A stretch of 64,000 nt of DNA, from assembly GCA_000320545.1 (NCBI GenBank), contig ADNK01002960.1:66505-130504 (forward strand). The letters are read 5' to 3'. This document shows positions 1-11,239 of the stretch, in pieces (the first letter of the stretch is position 1; the number at the start of each line of letters is the position of its first letter). Below the pieces are notes generated by a model, which did not search any database, had not been told where the DNA came from, and saw only the letters and a list, made by a program, of their open reading frames with translations. Source of the stretch: Bigelowiella natans CCMP2755. Lineage: Eukaryota; Protista; Cercozoa. The translations under genes were made by a program, and so were the position numbers.

Positions 1-171
1 CCCAATCCTAGACCTTTGTAAAAACCTTGGGAAGATTTCATATCAGGTAAGGTTGATATGCAGGAAGATGCGACTTCGATGGCGTGTCTGCTTCCAACAG
101 GCAGAGAACTCAAAGATTGTCACCTATGCTGTGTTCTAAGTAGTCGTATATTGATTAAATGCAGATCGATC

Positions 172-2158
172 ATGCAATCTCAAGAGAACATACCTGATTG
201 GCGCAAGGAGGGAAAATGTTCTAAAGGAGAAAGATGCCCAACTAAAGTCGTAATTTTGTTAGTGTGCTGTGTATGCTTCATAATTTTTGTATAAAATTCT
301 GAGATGGTTACAAACGGACATGTAGGTAAAGATCAAGAACCTGAAGAAATTACCTGTAACTGTGTTGTCTGGTTTTTTGGGATCTGGAAAGACTACTCTG
401 CTAAAGAACATTCTTCGCAATAAGAGGGATATGAAAGTTGCTGTCATTGTCAACGATATGAGCGAACTCAATCTGGATGCCAAGGAAGTATCCCAATTAA
501 GTAACATATTGATATCTAGATCGCTCTTTGCTGGAACAATGTAGACACTGTGATGCATTTCTTACCTTTATCCTGCATTCACAATGTCTCCATTCCATTC
601 CTTCGTATCTCTATCTACGCAATCATGTATCACTTCATGCTCTAGGTGCAAGACTCGAAGCTGCTTTGCGCAGAAGAGGAGATGATAACATTGGAAAATG
701 GGTGTGCGTGCTGCACTCTTCGGGGAGATCTTCTCAAAAAGATCGCACTGCTTTGTTTTGAACAACAGTAAGTTACAATAAAATGTTCCTAAAGTTCCCT
801 ACAAACCCCTAAATATTAAGTAGAGTACGGAAAACTGCTACATAAGTTTGGTGTGACTGGATCTCTGGTATCTCTTTTCTTTTAGGTATGACTATCTTGT
901 CATAGAATTAACAGGGATTGCAGAGCCGATGCCCATTGCTCAGACATTTACGATGAACATTGATCGAATGTTTGACGTCGAAGAAGAGGGAGGGGAGAAT
1001 ACGGAGGAGAAGGAAGATGATGAGAACGATACAGATGTGGATACAGCTGAATTTTATGGGCAAGTCGGGGAACTTGATCTATGGTCAATGCTTACTAAAA
1101 AGAAAAAGAAATCTCTGATACACTATGCAAATCTTGACACCATGGTCACAGTTGTAGACTGCAGCATGGTCTTCGACATAATGACATCTCTCGAAAAAGT
1201 AAGTGAAAGTATGTGCTCGCATGATGAAGAAAATGACCATGAGAAGAGTCTCTGCCATCTCATGATAAATCAAATCGAATTTGCAAATGTGATTCTTCTG
1301 AACAAATGCGATCTGTTGGGAGGTAAGAATTCTTCGAAAGTTCAAGCGGTCAGTTCGCTTTTGCACAAGCTTAATCCAAAAGCAAAGCTACACCACACGG
1401 TGAATAGTGAAGTGGATCTCTCAAACATACTTAATACAAAACTGTTTGACATGGAAAAGATGATGTCATCGGCAGGATGGATGAATGAGCTTTCCGAGAA
1501 AGATTTCACAACTGACAACGAGAAGTACGGTGTTTCATCCTTCATCTTCCGCAGTAGAGTACCTTTCCACCCTCAGCGACTTTCTGCAATTCTCGATGGC
1601 TTTGGACGCATAAAATTCCATTCAAACACCAAAGACCCACAGCCAGCTGAAGATGAAAGTGACAATAAAAAAAATGATGGAGGTCCATTCTTTGGAGTCA
1701 TACGCAGCAAGGGGATCCTCTGGATAGCAAACGGCTATTCTTACCCATTTAATTTTCACACGGCAGGAAGAGAGATAGTCATTGAGCCCAGGGGCATTCC
1801 TTTTCTTGCCTCAATTCCCGAGGAGGAAATGGACAACGAAGAAAAGCAACGGTGCACATTTTTAAAGCAGAATGGCGACTGGGATGAGAAGGTCGGAGAC
1901 AGAGAGAATGAAATTGTCTGTATTGGAATAGGAATTCAAGAAAGAACATTGATGGCAAAGTTGAAGGCTGCATGCCTTACCAAAGATGAAATCAATAAAG
2001 GTCCTGGGTTCTGGAAGTCGCTTGACGATCCATTTTTTGGTGGAGAAATCAGAAATTACTTCGATTTTGCTGCAGAGGATGGAGATGAGAATGAGGATGA
2101 CAGCAGTGAAAATCCTGAATCACACTTAATCTCCTCGAAAAGAGCTAAGACCGAATGA
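172..2158 (+). CDS. COG0523/CobW-family (G3E) P-loop GTPase, putative Zn metallochaperone (YciC/ZNG1-like); exons ~172-246, 326-487, 646-767, 886-2158
   Basis: Spliced frame (GT-AG introns, phases check out) gives [18 protein letters not shown] (Walker A), [20 protein letters not shown] (GCxCC metal motif), [12 protein letters not shown] (ExxG), [15 protein letters not shown] (NKxD) and CobW_C motifs PFHPQRL / VIRSKGILW / [11 protein letters not shown]. The 5' end could extend upstream of the window (possible donor at 47, acceptor at 164). Confidence 0.92.
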
Positions 2159-2164
2159 TCAAAA

Positions 2165-2198
<34 letters not shown>

Positions 2199-3223
2199 TG
2201 CATCCCGGCGCCGCCATTGAATCCTGTAATGTGGAAAATTCATTCAGTAGAAAAACATGAGCACCATTGGACTTTGATCGGTTTCTAAGCGCTTTGATCC
2301 CCAAATTGCAATTGCAACATGTGCAGTCCAAATGCATGGCATCGATGATGAGAATCATCATGACCACTGATGATGTGTTTTTCAATGATGTCCTTCACGC
2401 ACATGGTGCGCTACCGCATGCCATCCGGCAGGTGCGGCAAACATGCACGAATTTAATGCATTCAAGATTGGTCTGGGCCCACGTGCATTCTCTGCACAAC
2501 ACAATAGTCAACGGGTACCCGTTGTGCAGAGAATGCACGCTGCGCGTTTGTTCTCTGCCACATTTTGAGTGCTTTATTTTGTGCTTTTGCGCGTGTGTTT
2601 GACCATGCAAGTGTGACATGCCGATGCCATGAAAAAATTCAAAGAAATGCGAGCAAATCTGATGTCCATTGCATCACATGACGCGCTTGCTCGCGCGCAG
2701 CAGCTTCCAAATGCATGTTCTGGCGATTCGTCACAGGTTTGACGGAGCTGTGTTCAGTGTTGCACAGCGCATGCATGCGTGATGATCGTGATGCCGGATC
2801 GATGAGCGCAATCTAGCTGTTCTAGTCTAGCAATGCTAGCTGCAGCACGTCTAGACATCTAGACGCATGAGCTAGCATCCCATTCATTTGCAATTGCAAT
2901 GTTCGCTTGCCAATGAGTTGCATGCCACACCACCACCACGCGCATGCATGTGCGATGCACCTAGACATGCACATGCACGCGCAGAGATCACCAGGCCGCC
3001 ATGGCAGCATGCAACACAACGAATGTTGACTTGTTTTTTCATCTTTGTTATTTTTCAACGTTGTGACATGTGCCATGAGCACGACAATTTTGCATTACGC
3101 AAAGTTTAGAGTAAGTGCAGAGAGAGCACTGAGTGGGCAAAAAACAGGTGTACGCATGACCATGAGTCATGCTCTTTCCATGTTGTGGTACAAATTCCCG
3201 TTGTAGTGAGTATCGGTGCATGT

Positions 3224-5494
3224 TTAGCGGCGGCGAGAACGAGCGGTCTTCTTGAGCTCAGCCTTCTTCTTAGCCGCGAGTTTCTTCGCCTTCTGGTCTT
3301 CCTTGTGGACGAAGTACGCAGATTGGCGGAGCTCCCTAGTAGGCTTTACGCCAACAGGAAGGATCTGGGTAGGCTTGAGGACGACAGAGTTACCGTACTC
3401 GGTGAAGATGACGCAGATACCTCCGGTCTTCTTCTTCGAAATTTGGCGGATCTTGGCAGGGTAGAACGCCTGGTCTTCCCACCAGAAAGCCTGGCACTTC
3501 TCGCCAACCTTCCAGTCGTCCTTGGCAGCCTTGATGATCTTAGGAGCCTTCTTAGCCTCGGCAGCAGCCTTGGCTTCAGCCTCGGCCTTCTTCCTGTTCA
3601 GAGCTTCCTGCTCCTTTGCCTCCATGGCCTCCTTCGCAGCTTGCCTTCTGCGCATAATGGCCTCTTGAGAGAACTCCTCAACTTCTTCCTTCTGCTCCCC
3701 AGATCCACCCTGTACGGAGTTGATCTTGACCTTACCGCCTTCTTCAAGTTCGTTGATGAAGGTGTAGGTGGCGCGTTCGCAGCTCTTGATATCTCCGAAG
3801 AACTTGAACTGGCCGGGAGTGATCGAGAGGTAGATGTTACCGCACGAGTGAAGCATGTGACGCGAGTGCGTTACGAGCAACATGGCACCAGGGTACTTGT
3901 TGCATGCGGCAATCAACGAGTCGACCGTCTCAAGATCGAGGAAGTTAGTTGGCTCGTCCATGATGAGGAGGTGAGGGCAACTGTATGTGAGCTGGGCGAA
4001 GATGACGCGAGCCTTCTGGCCTCCGGAGAAACCCTTCATTCGGGTGTCGTTCATCTCGTCCTGCATACCTGCCTTCTTGAGGTGGTGGCGCAGCTTCCCT
4101 TGCTGCTTTTCATCCGGGAACTTCTTGCACATGTGCTCGAATGGAGTCATCGAGAGGTCGAGCTCCTGAGCGGAGTGCTGCCCGAAGTAGGCCAGCTTGA
4201 AACCCTCCACCGTGTTGACGGACCCAGTGGTTGGGGTTAGTCGGCCAGTGAGAAGCTTTAGGAAGGTAGATTTACCAGCACCATTAGGTCCCATGATACC
4301 CATTCGAGTTCCAGCAGTAATCGTACAGTTGGTCTTCTTTCCGAAGATCATAACGTCCGTTCCTGGGTACTTGAAGGTCACATCCTTCATATCGATCAGG
4401 GGAATATCCTCGGGTTTAGCTTCCGGGTCAACGCCCTTGAGCGGAGTAGGATCAGGGAAGGTGAACATGTTGCTCTTGGCGAACTGGCGTCCGGTGTAAG
4501 CACGGCACCATTCCCTGTACTGCATAACTCGCTTACCCACTGGAGTAGCTGGGTCAGGATTCCTGTTTCGGCTGATGAACTGCTCGCGATCGCGGAACTT
4601 CTTTGCATCCTCACGCGCCTTCTTCTTCTCGAAGGCAGGGAAATCCATCTTGTAGTAGAGGAGCTCCCTGTCCTCGATCAAGATGACAGAGTTACAGACG
4701 TTCTCAAGAAGGTTCCTGTCGTGGGTGACGAGCAGGAAGGATCCACTGTAAGAGCGGAGGCGGTTCTCCAGCCAGAGGACAGAGGGGAAATCAAGGTGGT
4801 TAGTAGGATCGTCGAGTAGAAGCAAGTCCGGCGATTGAAAGAATGCGCAAACCAAAGCGACACGCATACGAAGACCTCCGGAGAGCTCGTTCACGTTCTT
4901 CTTCTGGGCCTTCTCGTCGAATCCCAGAGGCTTAAGCATGCGGGAGATCCTCTCCTCAGCGGTGTCGGACTTGAGCAAGGTTAGCTCCTTCTCGACATAT
5001 GCCAGGTTGGCCTTGAGTTCCTCCTTATCGTCTTTCGCAATGCGAGCCTTCAGCTCTTCGTGGCATTTGCGCATGACGTAGAGGAGTTCGTGACTCTGGA
5101 GTACAGTCTCGATGATCGTTCCGTTGTCAGGGGAAGTCTCAATCTCCTCCATATGGAGAGTACTAAGATGCTTAGGAAAGCCCTCAATCTCGCCTGAGGC
5201 GATAGCTCGGAAGAGGGTACTCTTTCCACAGCCGTTAGCACCGAAAAGCGCATGGCGCTTGCGAGGTTCGAGAATCAACTCTGTGGACTTAAAGAGCTGC
5301 TTGTCCTTAAATGGAGTCCACAGGTTAAAAACCTCGATCTCAACCCGCTTGGAGGCGTTGGAAGCCTTCTCAAGTTTCAACAGTTCCTGGCGGTACGTTG
5401 GGAAAGTGGTGACAATGGAATCGAAAGAAGTCCAATCCACATTCTCGAAACGCTTGTTGATGAGTTCCAATCGGGTAAGATCCTTGTCAGTCAT
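3224..5494 (-). CDS. ABC-F family ATPase (two ABC domains, no transmembrane segments) with C-terminal SMN-type Tudor domain; intronless
   Basis: 756-aa ORF: GANGCGKSTL, LSGG, LLLLDDPTNHLD, LVTHDR; second NBD GPNGAGKSTFL, FSGGQKAR, LIMDEPTNFLD; Tudor-like WKVGEKCQAFWWEDQAFYPAKI...VIFTEYGN at 3356-3514; strong C/G third-position codon bias. Confidence 0.93.
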   Translation of the reverse strand: MTDKDLTRLELINKRFENVDWTSFDSIVTTFPTYRQELLKLEKASNASKRVEIEVFNLWTPFKDKQLFKSTELILEPRKRHALFGANGCGKSTLFRAIASGEIEGFPKHLSTLHMEEIETSPDNGTIIETVLQSHELLYVMRKCHEELKARIAKDDKEELKANLAYVEKELTLLKSDTAEERISRMLKPLGFDEKAQKKNVNELSGGLRMRVALVCAFFQSPDLLLLDDPTNHLDFPSVLWLENRLRSYSGSFLLVTHDRNLLENVCNSVILIEDRELLYYKMDFPAFEKKKAREDAKKFRDREQFISRNRNPDPATPVGKRVMQYREWCRAYTGRQFAKSNMFTFPDPTPLKGVDPEAKPEDIPLIDMKDVTFKYPGTDVMIFGKKTNCTITAGTRMGIMGPNGAGKSTFLKLLTGRLTPTTGSVNTVEGFKLAYFGQHSAQELDLSMTPFEHMCKKFPDEKQQGKLRHHLKKAGMQDEMNDTRMKGFSGGQKARVIFAQLTYSCPHLLIMDEPTNFLDLETVDSLIAACNKYPGAMLLVTHSRHMLHSCGNIYLSITPGQFKFFGDIKSCERATYTFINELEEGGKVKINSVQGGSGEQKEEVEEFSQEAIMRRRQAAKEAMEAKEQEALNRKKAEAEAKAAAEAKKAPKIIKAAKDDWKVGEKCQAFWWEDQAFYPAKIRQISKKKTGGICVIFTEYGNSVVLKPTQILPVGVKPTRELRQSAYFVHKEDQKAKKLAAKKKAELKKTARSRRR

Positions 5495-6599
5495 TTTGCT
5501 CTTTTGAATGTTCTCCGGAACGTAGTATTCTCAAACGAGAGGTGTTGTTGTAGGGAGGACGGGGGTACGGGAGCGAGAGGAGGCAGATCTGGGCCTGTGC
5601 GCTATGGAAAGTGCTCTCCAGGCGGGAACAACATAATATTTAAAGCATAAGCCAAGAAGACATAGCCTTACAGATCGACAATTGTAGTCCAAAGACATAC
5701 ATATAGTTTTGTCGGTGTCCTCTAATGTTATTACTTCTTTCAACTTCTCTCTGATTCAGTGGAAACAAAAACACTGAATTTGTCATCAGAACGAGACAAA
5801 TCATTTTCATACTGAAGAGACACAAAGCGTAGTATATTGATTATGATAAAATAAATTATGATATGTCGTTTGTGATGAATTGGATGAATATTAATTTCTC
5901 TTCTTGATATGTGCCTAGTTTTAAGCTGGAAAGGAGTGAACTCAGGCCAAAGCGCACCATAAGTAGTTCGGCGAATCTTAGACCTTTTTCAACGCCGGTC
6001 ATGTTTTTATGATGTCGCTTTTATCAGACATAGACTATTTTGAGGTAAATCTCATTTTTAAAAATAATTATGGTTTAGAATTTCCGACCGTAAGAATGAG
6101 TACAAAAACCCTTGTGGTGAAGCATTCTGTTCTTCAGTGCTCTTCTCAACCGCCACATTAGGTGATTTTACCAAGGCAACTGTGTATGCGAAAAATATTT
6201 GTAAAGAGGGTATGTAATCAACATTGAGCTTTAAACTCCGAGTTGTGTACGAACTTCACATGAAATCTGTTCAATAATGTTGTGATAACAAATTTATTTC
6301 AAGCGTCTTCATTCAAAGCCATCATAATGGCATGAAAACCATCGTAACATTTTTATTCTTGAAAACGATGATCTGAATTTGAACAAGGGTATGTTGAGTC
6401 CGTCGGGGGGGGGGTTGTATCGTTTTTTCCATAATGTTTTTGCGATGATCCTGAATTTTTATACAAAGGAGTGGATTTCCAAAAGATGAGCGTAATAGTT
6501 TTATCAAATATTCAGGACGTTTCGAGCCTTCAATGAATGGAATTGAGGAGTTTGGTTGGCTTTCCGCTTAGCATGGCTACGTATGTGCCTAGAACACAT

Positions 6600-9500
6600 C
6601 GGAGACTTTGGAGATTGCGACAACAATTCGAGACACTTCAGAGATCATCGGAGTGGACCTGAGATCTGTTTTCGTCTCGAAAAAATCCGGCATGTGGCAT
6701 GCAGTTCTCGCAATGATTTTTGCTGAGAGGCGCTGCTGCGTGCACGTTGACGCCTGTCTCCCACGTGGATCTGGCGCACATTGTTGCGCGTAGCGTGCTT
6801 GAAATGCAAGTGAGCTTGTGGAGTCCATGCAAATTCTAGGATTTGCAAGCTGAGGACTCAGAAACCGCAGGAAATCACTTGGGGCACTTTTTGCCCAAAA
6901 CGAGTTTTGCCCAAAGTGAGTCCTGTTGCGAAGAACGACTCACTTGGATGCAGGATGCTCACCACCAACAGGGTGCTGACAAGTCCTCACGGCATGGGCT
7001 AGATCTGGTGTTCCTTCAACTGACAAAGAAATTGATGGGGCTTTCCGTCGAACTGTTGTCCTGCTTGACAACCTTGCTGCTGTTCGCCAATCTGACTTCC
7101 CCCCGTCGCAAGCTTCTCCTTCCTGGTTCCATTGCACCTGGCTCCGATTGCTAGTTTCAGGCTGCAACACCAACAGGGTGCTGACAAGTCCTTGCAACGA
7201 CTGTTGTTGAGGCTCTGTTGCGTGCGTGCATGCGCTTGTCTCCCACGTGGTTCTCGCGCATGCAAACTTGATCAATGCTTTGTTCAACGTTCAATGTTCA
7301 ATGCCCTCTTCAGCGCATTCATTGTCAAAAATCTCGAGTTGCTGTTGGCGCGCCAATGCCGTGACGAGCAGGGGGGTTTTCTGCCTGTCGAGAGGTTGCT
7401 GTTCCTCCCATCCCTGAGTTCCATTCCTGTTCACTGGTGGGATGGACGGACGTGTCACCGATGACTTCGTTTGTCCTGTCATTCTGGCTTTTCCTTTTCA
7501 GCTTGCACAACCTCACACCCCATCGCCGATGACTGATTGTCGCACATTGTGCGCTGTGTCATTCCGAGCTTGCTTTTCATTGCATCGTGCATTGAATGCA
7601 GCCATTGGCCATTCGATTCCTCTTTCAATCTTGGTTCATGGTGAACATTCAAGCAGTTTTGCGACCTGCTGCAAGCATTCGAAAGAAAGCAGCACCTGAG
7701 CAAAAGCTTTTGAAAAGTGTCGGCTGCCAAAATGACCAAACTTGCTGCTTTTTCTGCCTTTGGAGAAGAATGGTTCAATGATTTGCGTTGAAATGTTCGA
7801 GTCAATGATTCAATCCAGCAAAGGCTTCATCCAGAAAGAATCTTTGATGCAGATCCAAGCCATCCTCACATGCGCAATGTCAAATGCCAAGAGCCAATGA
7901 CGACTGATTTCACGGGAAAGCTTTCTCAAGTGTGTTGCGCAAGAAAACATCATCAGTGTTTCGGGACATTTTCCTCAGAAGACTTCTGAAGGCGATTTCT
8001 GAGAATGCTCTTTGAACGTGCTCTGCAGATGAACAGCAATTTGTTCACATGCATGAAGTGTTCAGTGAACAGTCTGGCATCGGTTTGTTCAGTTGCGACC
8101 CTTGGTGACTCCCAACATTCCAGTTGACTTCAAGTTTGAAGCAACGCTTTGACATCGACACCAGCCTCGCTAGCTCGGAGCACCCATCGCACAGGACTCT
8201 CCAAGCATCCACTGGGCCCTTCCAAATCTTTGACAGCTGATGTGTGAACGTGAAACTCAGAGTTCAAATTGATCAAGATCTCGCAAAGTGCAATGGTGCG
8301 TCCATGAAAATGACCAACCCGCAGGAGGCTCGCATGTGTTCTGTTGAACTGACCTGTCTCGTTGAACACACACACGAAGCATGCGTGCCTAGATCAGGAT
8401 CCCTTTCTCCAAGGTGATCGAATGTGAGCAGCTCACACCACGTGATTGTGTCCCAAGTTCACATCACACAAAGTGTCACACAGAGCGTTCGCATCTGGAG
8501 CGTGCGAACAGATTCCTCTGGTTTCATTTGAAAGGAGAGGGACACTTGATTTTGCCGTCTCAGGGACTTGGTCTGCAAAGCTTGCACACGTGCAAGCCCA
8601 CGAAGCTGCCTCAGTTTTTGGATCAAATGGCACCCCTGCACGCATTTCACCGTTGCGCTCTGAACGATTTGATGTGATTTTTCAACAAAATCGATGAAAT
8701 TGGAAGTCATCAAAGAACCTGATGCAAGCCATGCCTCGTGAAAATCATTGACACCAATGCAACCATCCTTTTTTGTTTGCGCCTCTTTCACAGCTTCCCA
8801 ACAATCCATTGATTCTTCCCAAGTCTGCTTCATCCAATGTGGTGAAAGAAAGTTTGCGAGCATCAACTTCTTCTGCACGTCTCAGATTCTCACCATGAAA
8901 TCAAGCAAAAGCCACCTCACGCACGCATGAAAGAATGTTCTTTCTCTCCTCAGAGCCAATCTTGAATGGGTTGCTGTCCGCGTTCGAGGATGGTGAGCTT
9001 TTGCGATCTGAGATGCCTCTCTTGTCCATTCCTCCTTTGCATTTTGGGCCTTTCATTGCTTTTTTGAATTGCCACAAACAACTTGGAGTGAGATCTCACG
9101 ATGCTGACATTGCAAACTCATCATGATCACCTTCAGGGTCATGCCTTTTTTGTCAATTTTCTCTTTTTGGCCAGCTTTCCTCCTTTTTTTTGCTTCAAGC
9201 CAGATCATCACAACGATCGTGGTTGCAACTTCAGCATTGCATGGGTCAGAGTCCAACGTGAAAAGCACACAAAGTGTTTGTTTTGATTTCAAACAGAAAC
9301 ACGGAATGTCACCTCGGCGGAATGCTTGCAAGAACTCCTTTTTCGTGAGCCGATTGTTGGAGTCCTTGTCGATTGCCTGTTGACAGGAAGATTTGACAAG
9401 CAATGAACAGAACACAGCCAATGCCTCTTTGGGGCAATGTTTGTCGTGTGAGGTCTTCACCCGGAAAGACGTCACCACCACACTCCATCTTTGCACAATC

Positions 9501-9700
9501 TGCAAAATGACGCATGGTGATTTTTTCAGAACAGGGCAGGAAGCACGCCACGTGTGCGACGCGCTGCGGAAACTCACACGCCAATGCACGCCAATGTGCA
9601 TTGTCAAGGCAATCTGCCACTGTGAGGCTCTGCGATGTGGACGTGGTCTCCGAGCTTGGGTCGTGATGCGACGAGGAGAGGGGCTGCGTGTCAGATTTTG
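6600..9700 (-). pseudogene. Hypermutated multi-exon gene containing EF-hand motif(s)
   Basis: Exon ~9376-9313 (cag|...|gtgac) encodes AIDKDSNNRLTKKEFLQAF, a canonical-looking EF-hand loop; a second degenerate EF-like segment EAQTKKDGCIGVNDFHEAW lies at ~8790-8730. Other exon-like pieces contain a repeated module (CARSTWET/CARTTWET; GLVSTLLV twice). No Tyr codons. Limits approximate. Confidence 0.5.
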
Positions 9701-10192
9701 ATTTGCTGTTTCATCCAACTCACGTCGGCCTTCTTGAGCAAGATCATGCGACGTGTGTGACGCAACACGCAGAGAATTTGTCGTCAAAAAATTTTTTGGG
9801 ACAAAACGACATGAATTCAATGCATTGCGACATCCTTTGAAAACGTTGCGATTTTCATTGGGAACTTGTGGATCCAGATCTTGGACCTGGATCTGGCAGT
9901 GGACACGATTCCGGAAGTGTGGCAAAAAACGGCAGGTCCAGTGGAAACAAGGAACTTGACACTTTTTGGGGCAAAATCAAACTTGCTGCCGACTCAAACA
10001 AGTTTTTTTTCCAAACGACACGTCGGATGAGGTGCCAAAGTGGGTCAAATTGTTTTTGCTGGGTCCATCTCAAAAGTGGTGATGGATTGTTGGAGTGCTT
10101 TGCACTCAATGCGCGAAGTGCATGCTTGTGGTGGCAGCAGCAACGCTGGCGGGCGTTTGCAGGCTGCGACAAGCAGTGCAGAATGGGCTGTC

Positions 10193-10872
10193 AATGCAGG
10201 CAGGTTCTGTGCCTGCGACAAGGGCAGGACAGTGCTGCATCAGCCATGTGCCAGCAAAGGAAGTGGGCGCGTCTTCCTTCCTTCTGCAGCACGATGTCAT
10301 GCACGCAGTTCAGGTGATTTCGCCTGATGACAGTTGACTTGGTGCATGCGTGTGAAAAGGTCAGAACTCAACAGAGAATCGAGGCAGCCGCTTGTGCAGC
10401 TGTCCTCCTGCCCTTCCTTCCTTCATCTGACTGTGCTGCTGGCCTGCACTCTGCAGCGCGCCGCCTCCACTTCCAACAGGTTGTGAGCCCACGCGGCTTC
10501 CGCCGCCCAGTTGCGCCCAAAAAAGTTTGGCTCAAACAGTTCAGTCCAGCAGAACTGGTTTGAAGGTGCCACGATGCGAATTTGGTCGGTGAATGCAGGC
10601 AGGTTCTGTGCCTGCGACAAGGGCAGGACAGTGCTGCATCAGCCATGTGCCAGCAAAGGAAGTGGGCGCGTCTTCCTTCCTTCTGCAGCACGATGTCATG
10701 CACGCAGTTCAGGTGATTTCGCCTGATGACAGTTGACTTGGCACGTGCATGTGAAAAGGTCAGAACTCAACAGAGAATCGAGGCAGCCGCTTGTGCAGCT
10801 GTCCTCCTGCCCTTCCTTCCTTCATCTGACTGTGCCACTGGCCTGCATTCTGCAGCGCGCCGCCTCCACTTC
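10193..10872 (+). repeat. 281-bp direct repeat, two copies (10193-10473 and 10592-10872)
   Basis: Direct alignment at offset 399; near-identical apart from a few transitions. Confidence 0.95.
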
Positions 10873-11239
10873 TGACATGGATTTCCATGATTTTTTTGGG
10901 AATTCTGCCAGGGAATTTGGCACGCACCAAGTTCCGGAACCAAATCCCTTGCATCCACTGCCCAGATCCACTTCACGCAGATCCAAATGACTGCGCAACA
11001 CCCTTTGAAAGGTTGGAAAAATGTGTCAGGTCATGTCAGGTCAGGTGACACTTTGAGGTGATTTTGAAATCAAATCATCAATTGCAATTCGGCCGAAATG
11101 TTCCGACGTTGCACCTGATTTCACCTGACGTTCGTCAGGCATTGGAGGGCCAAAATCGACCCCAGAAATCTGACGAAATTCGTCAGGTGAAGTCAGATCA
11201 TCACATCACCCAAAACGCATTGGGCGCTTCCCAGAAGAG

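Noticed and set aside
3185-4240. 351-aa plus-strand ORF
   Set aside because: Antisense shadow of the codon-biased ABC-F gene; no motifs and a non-ATG start.
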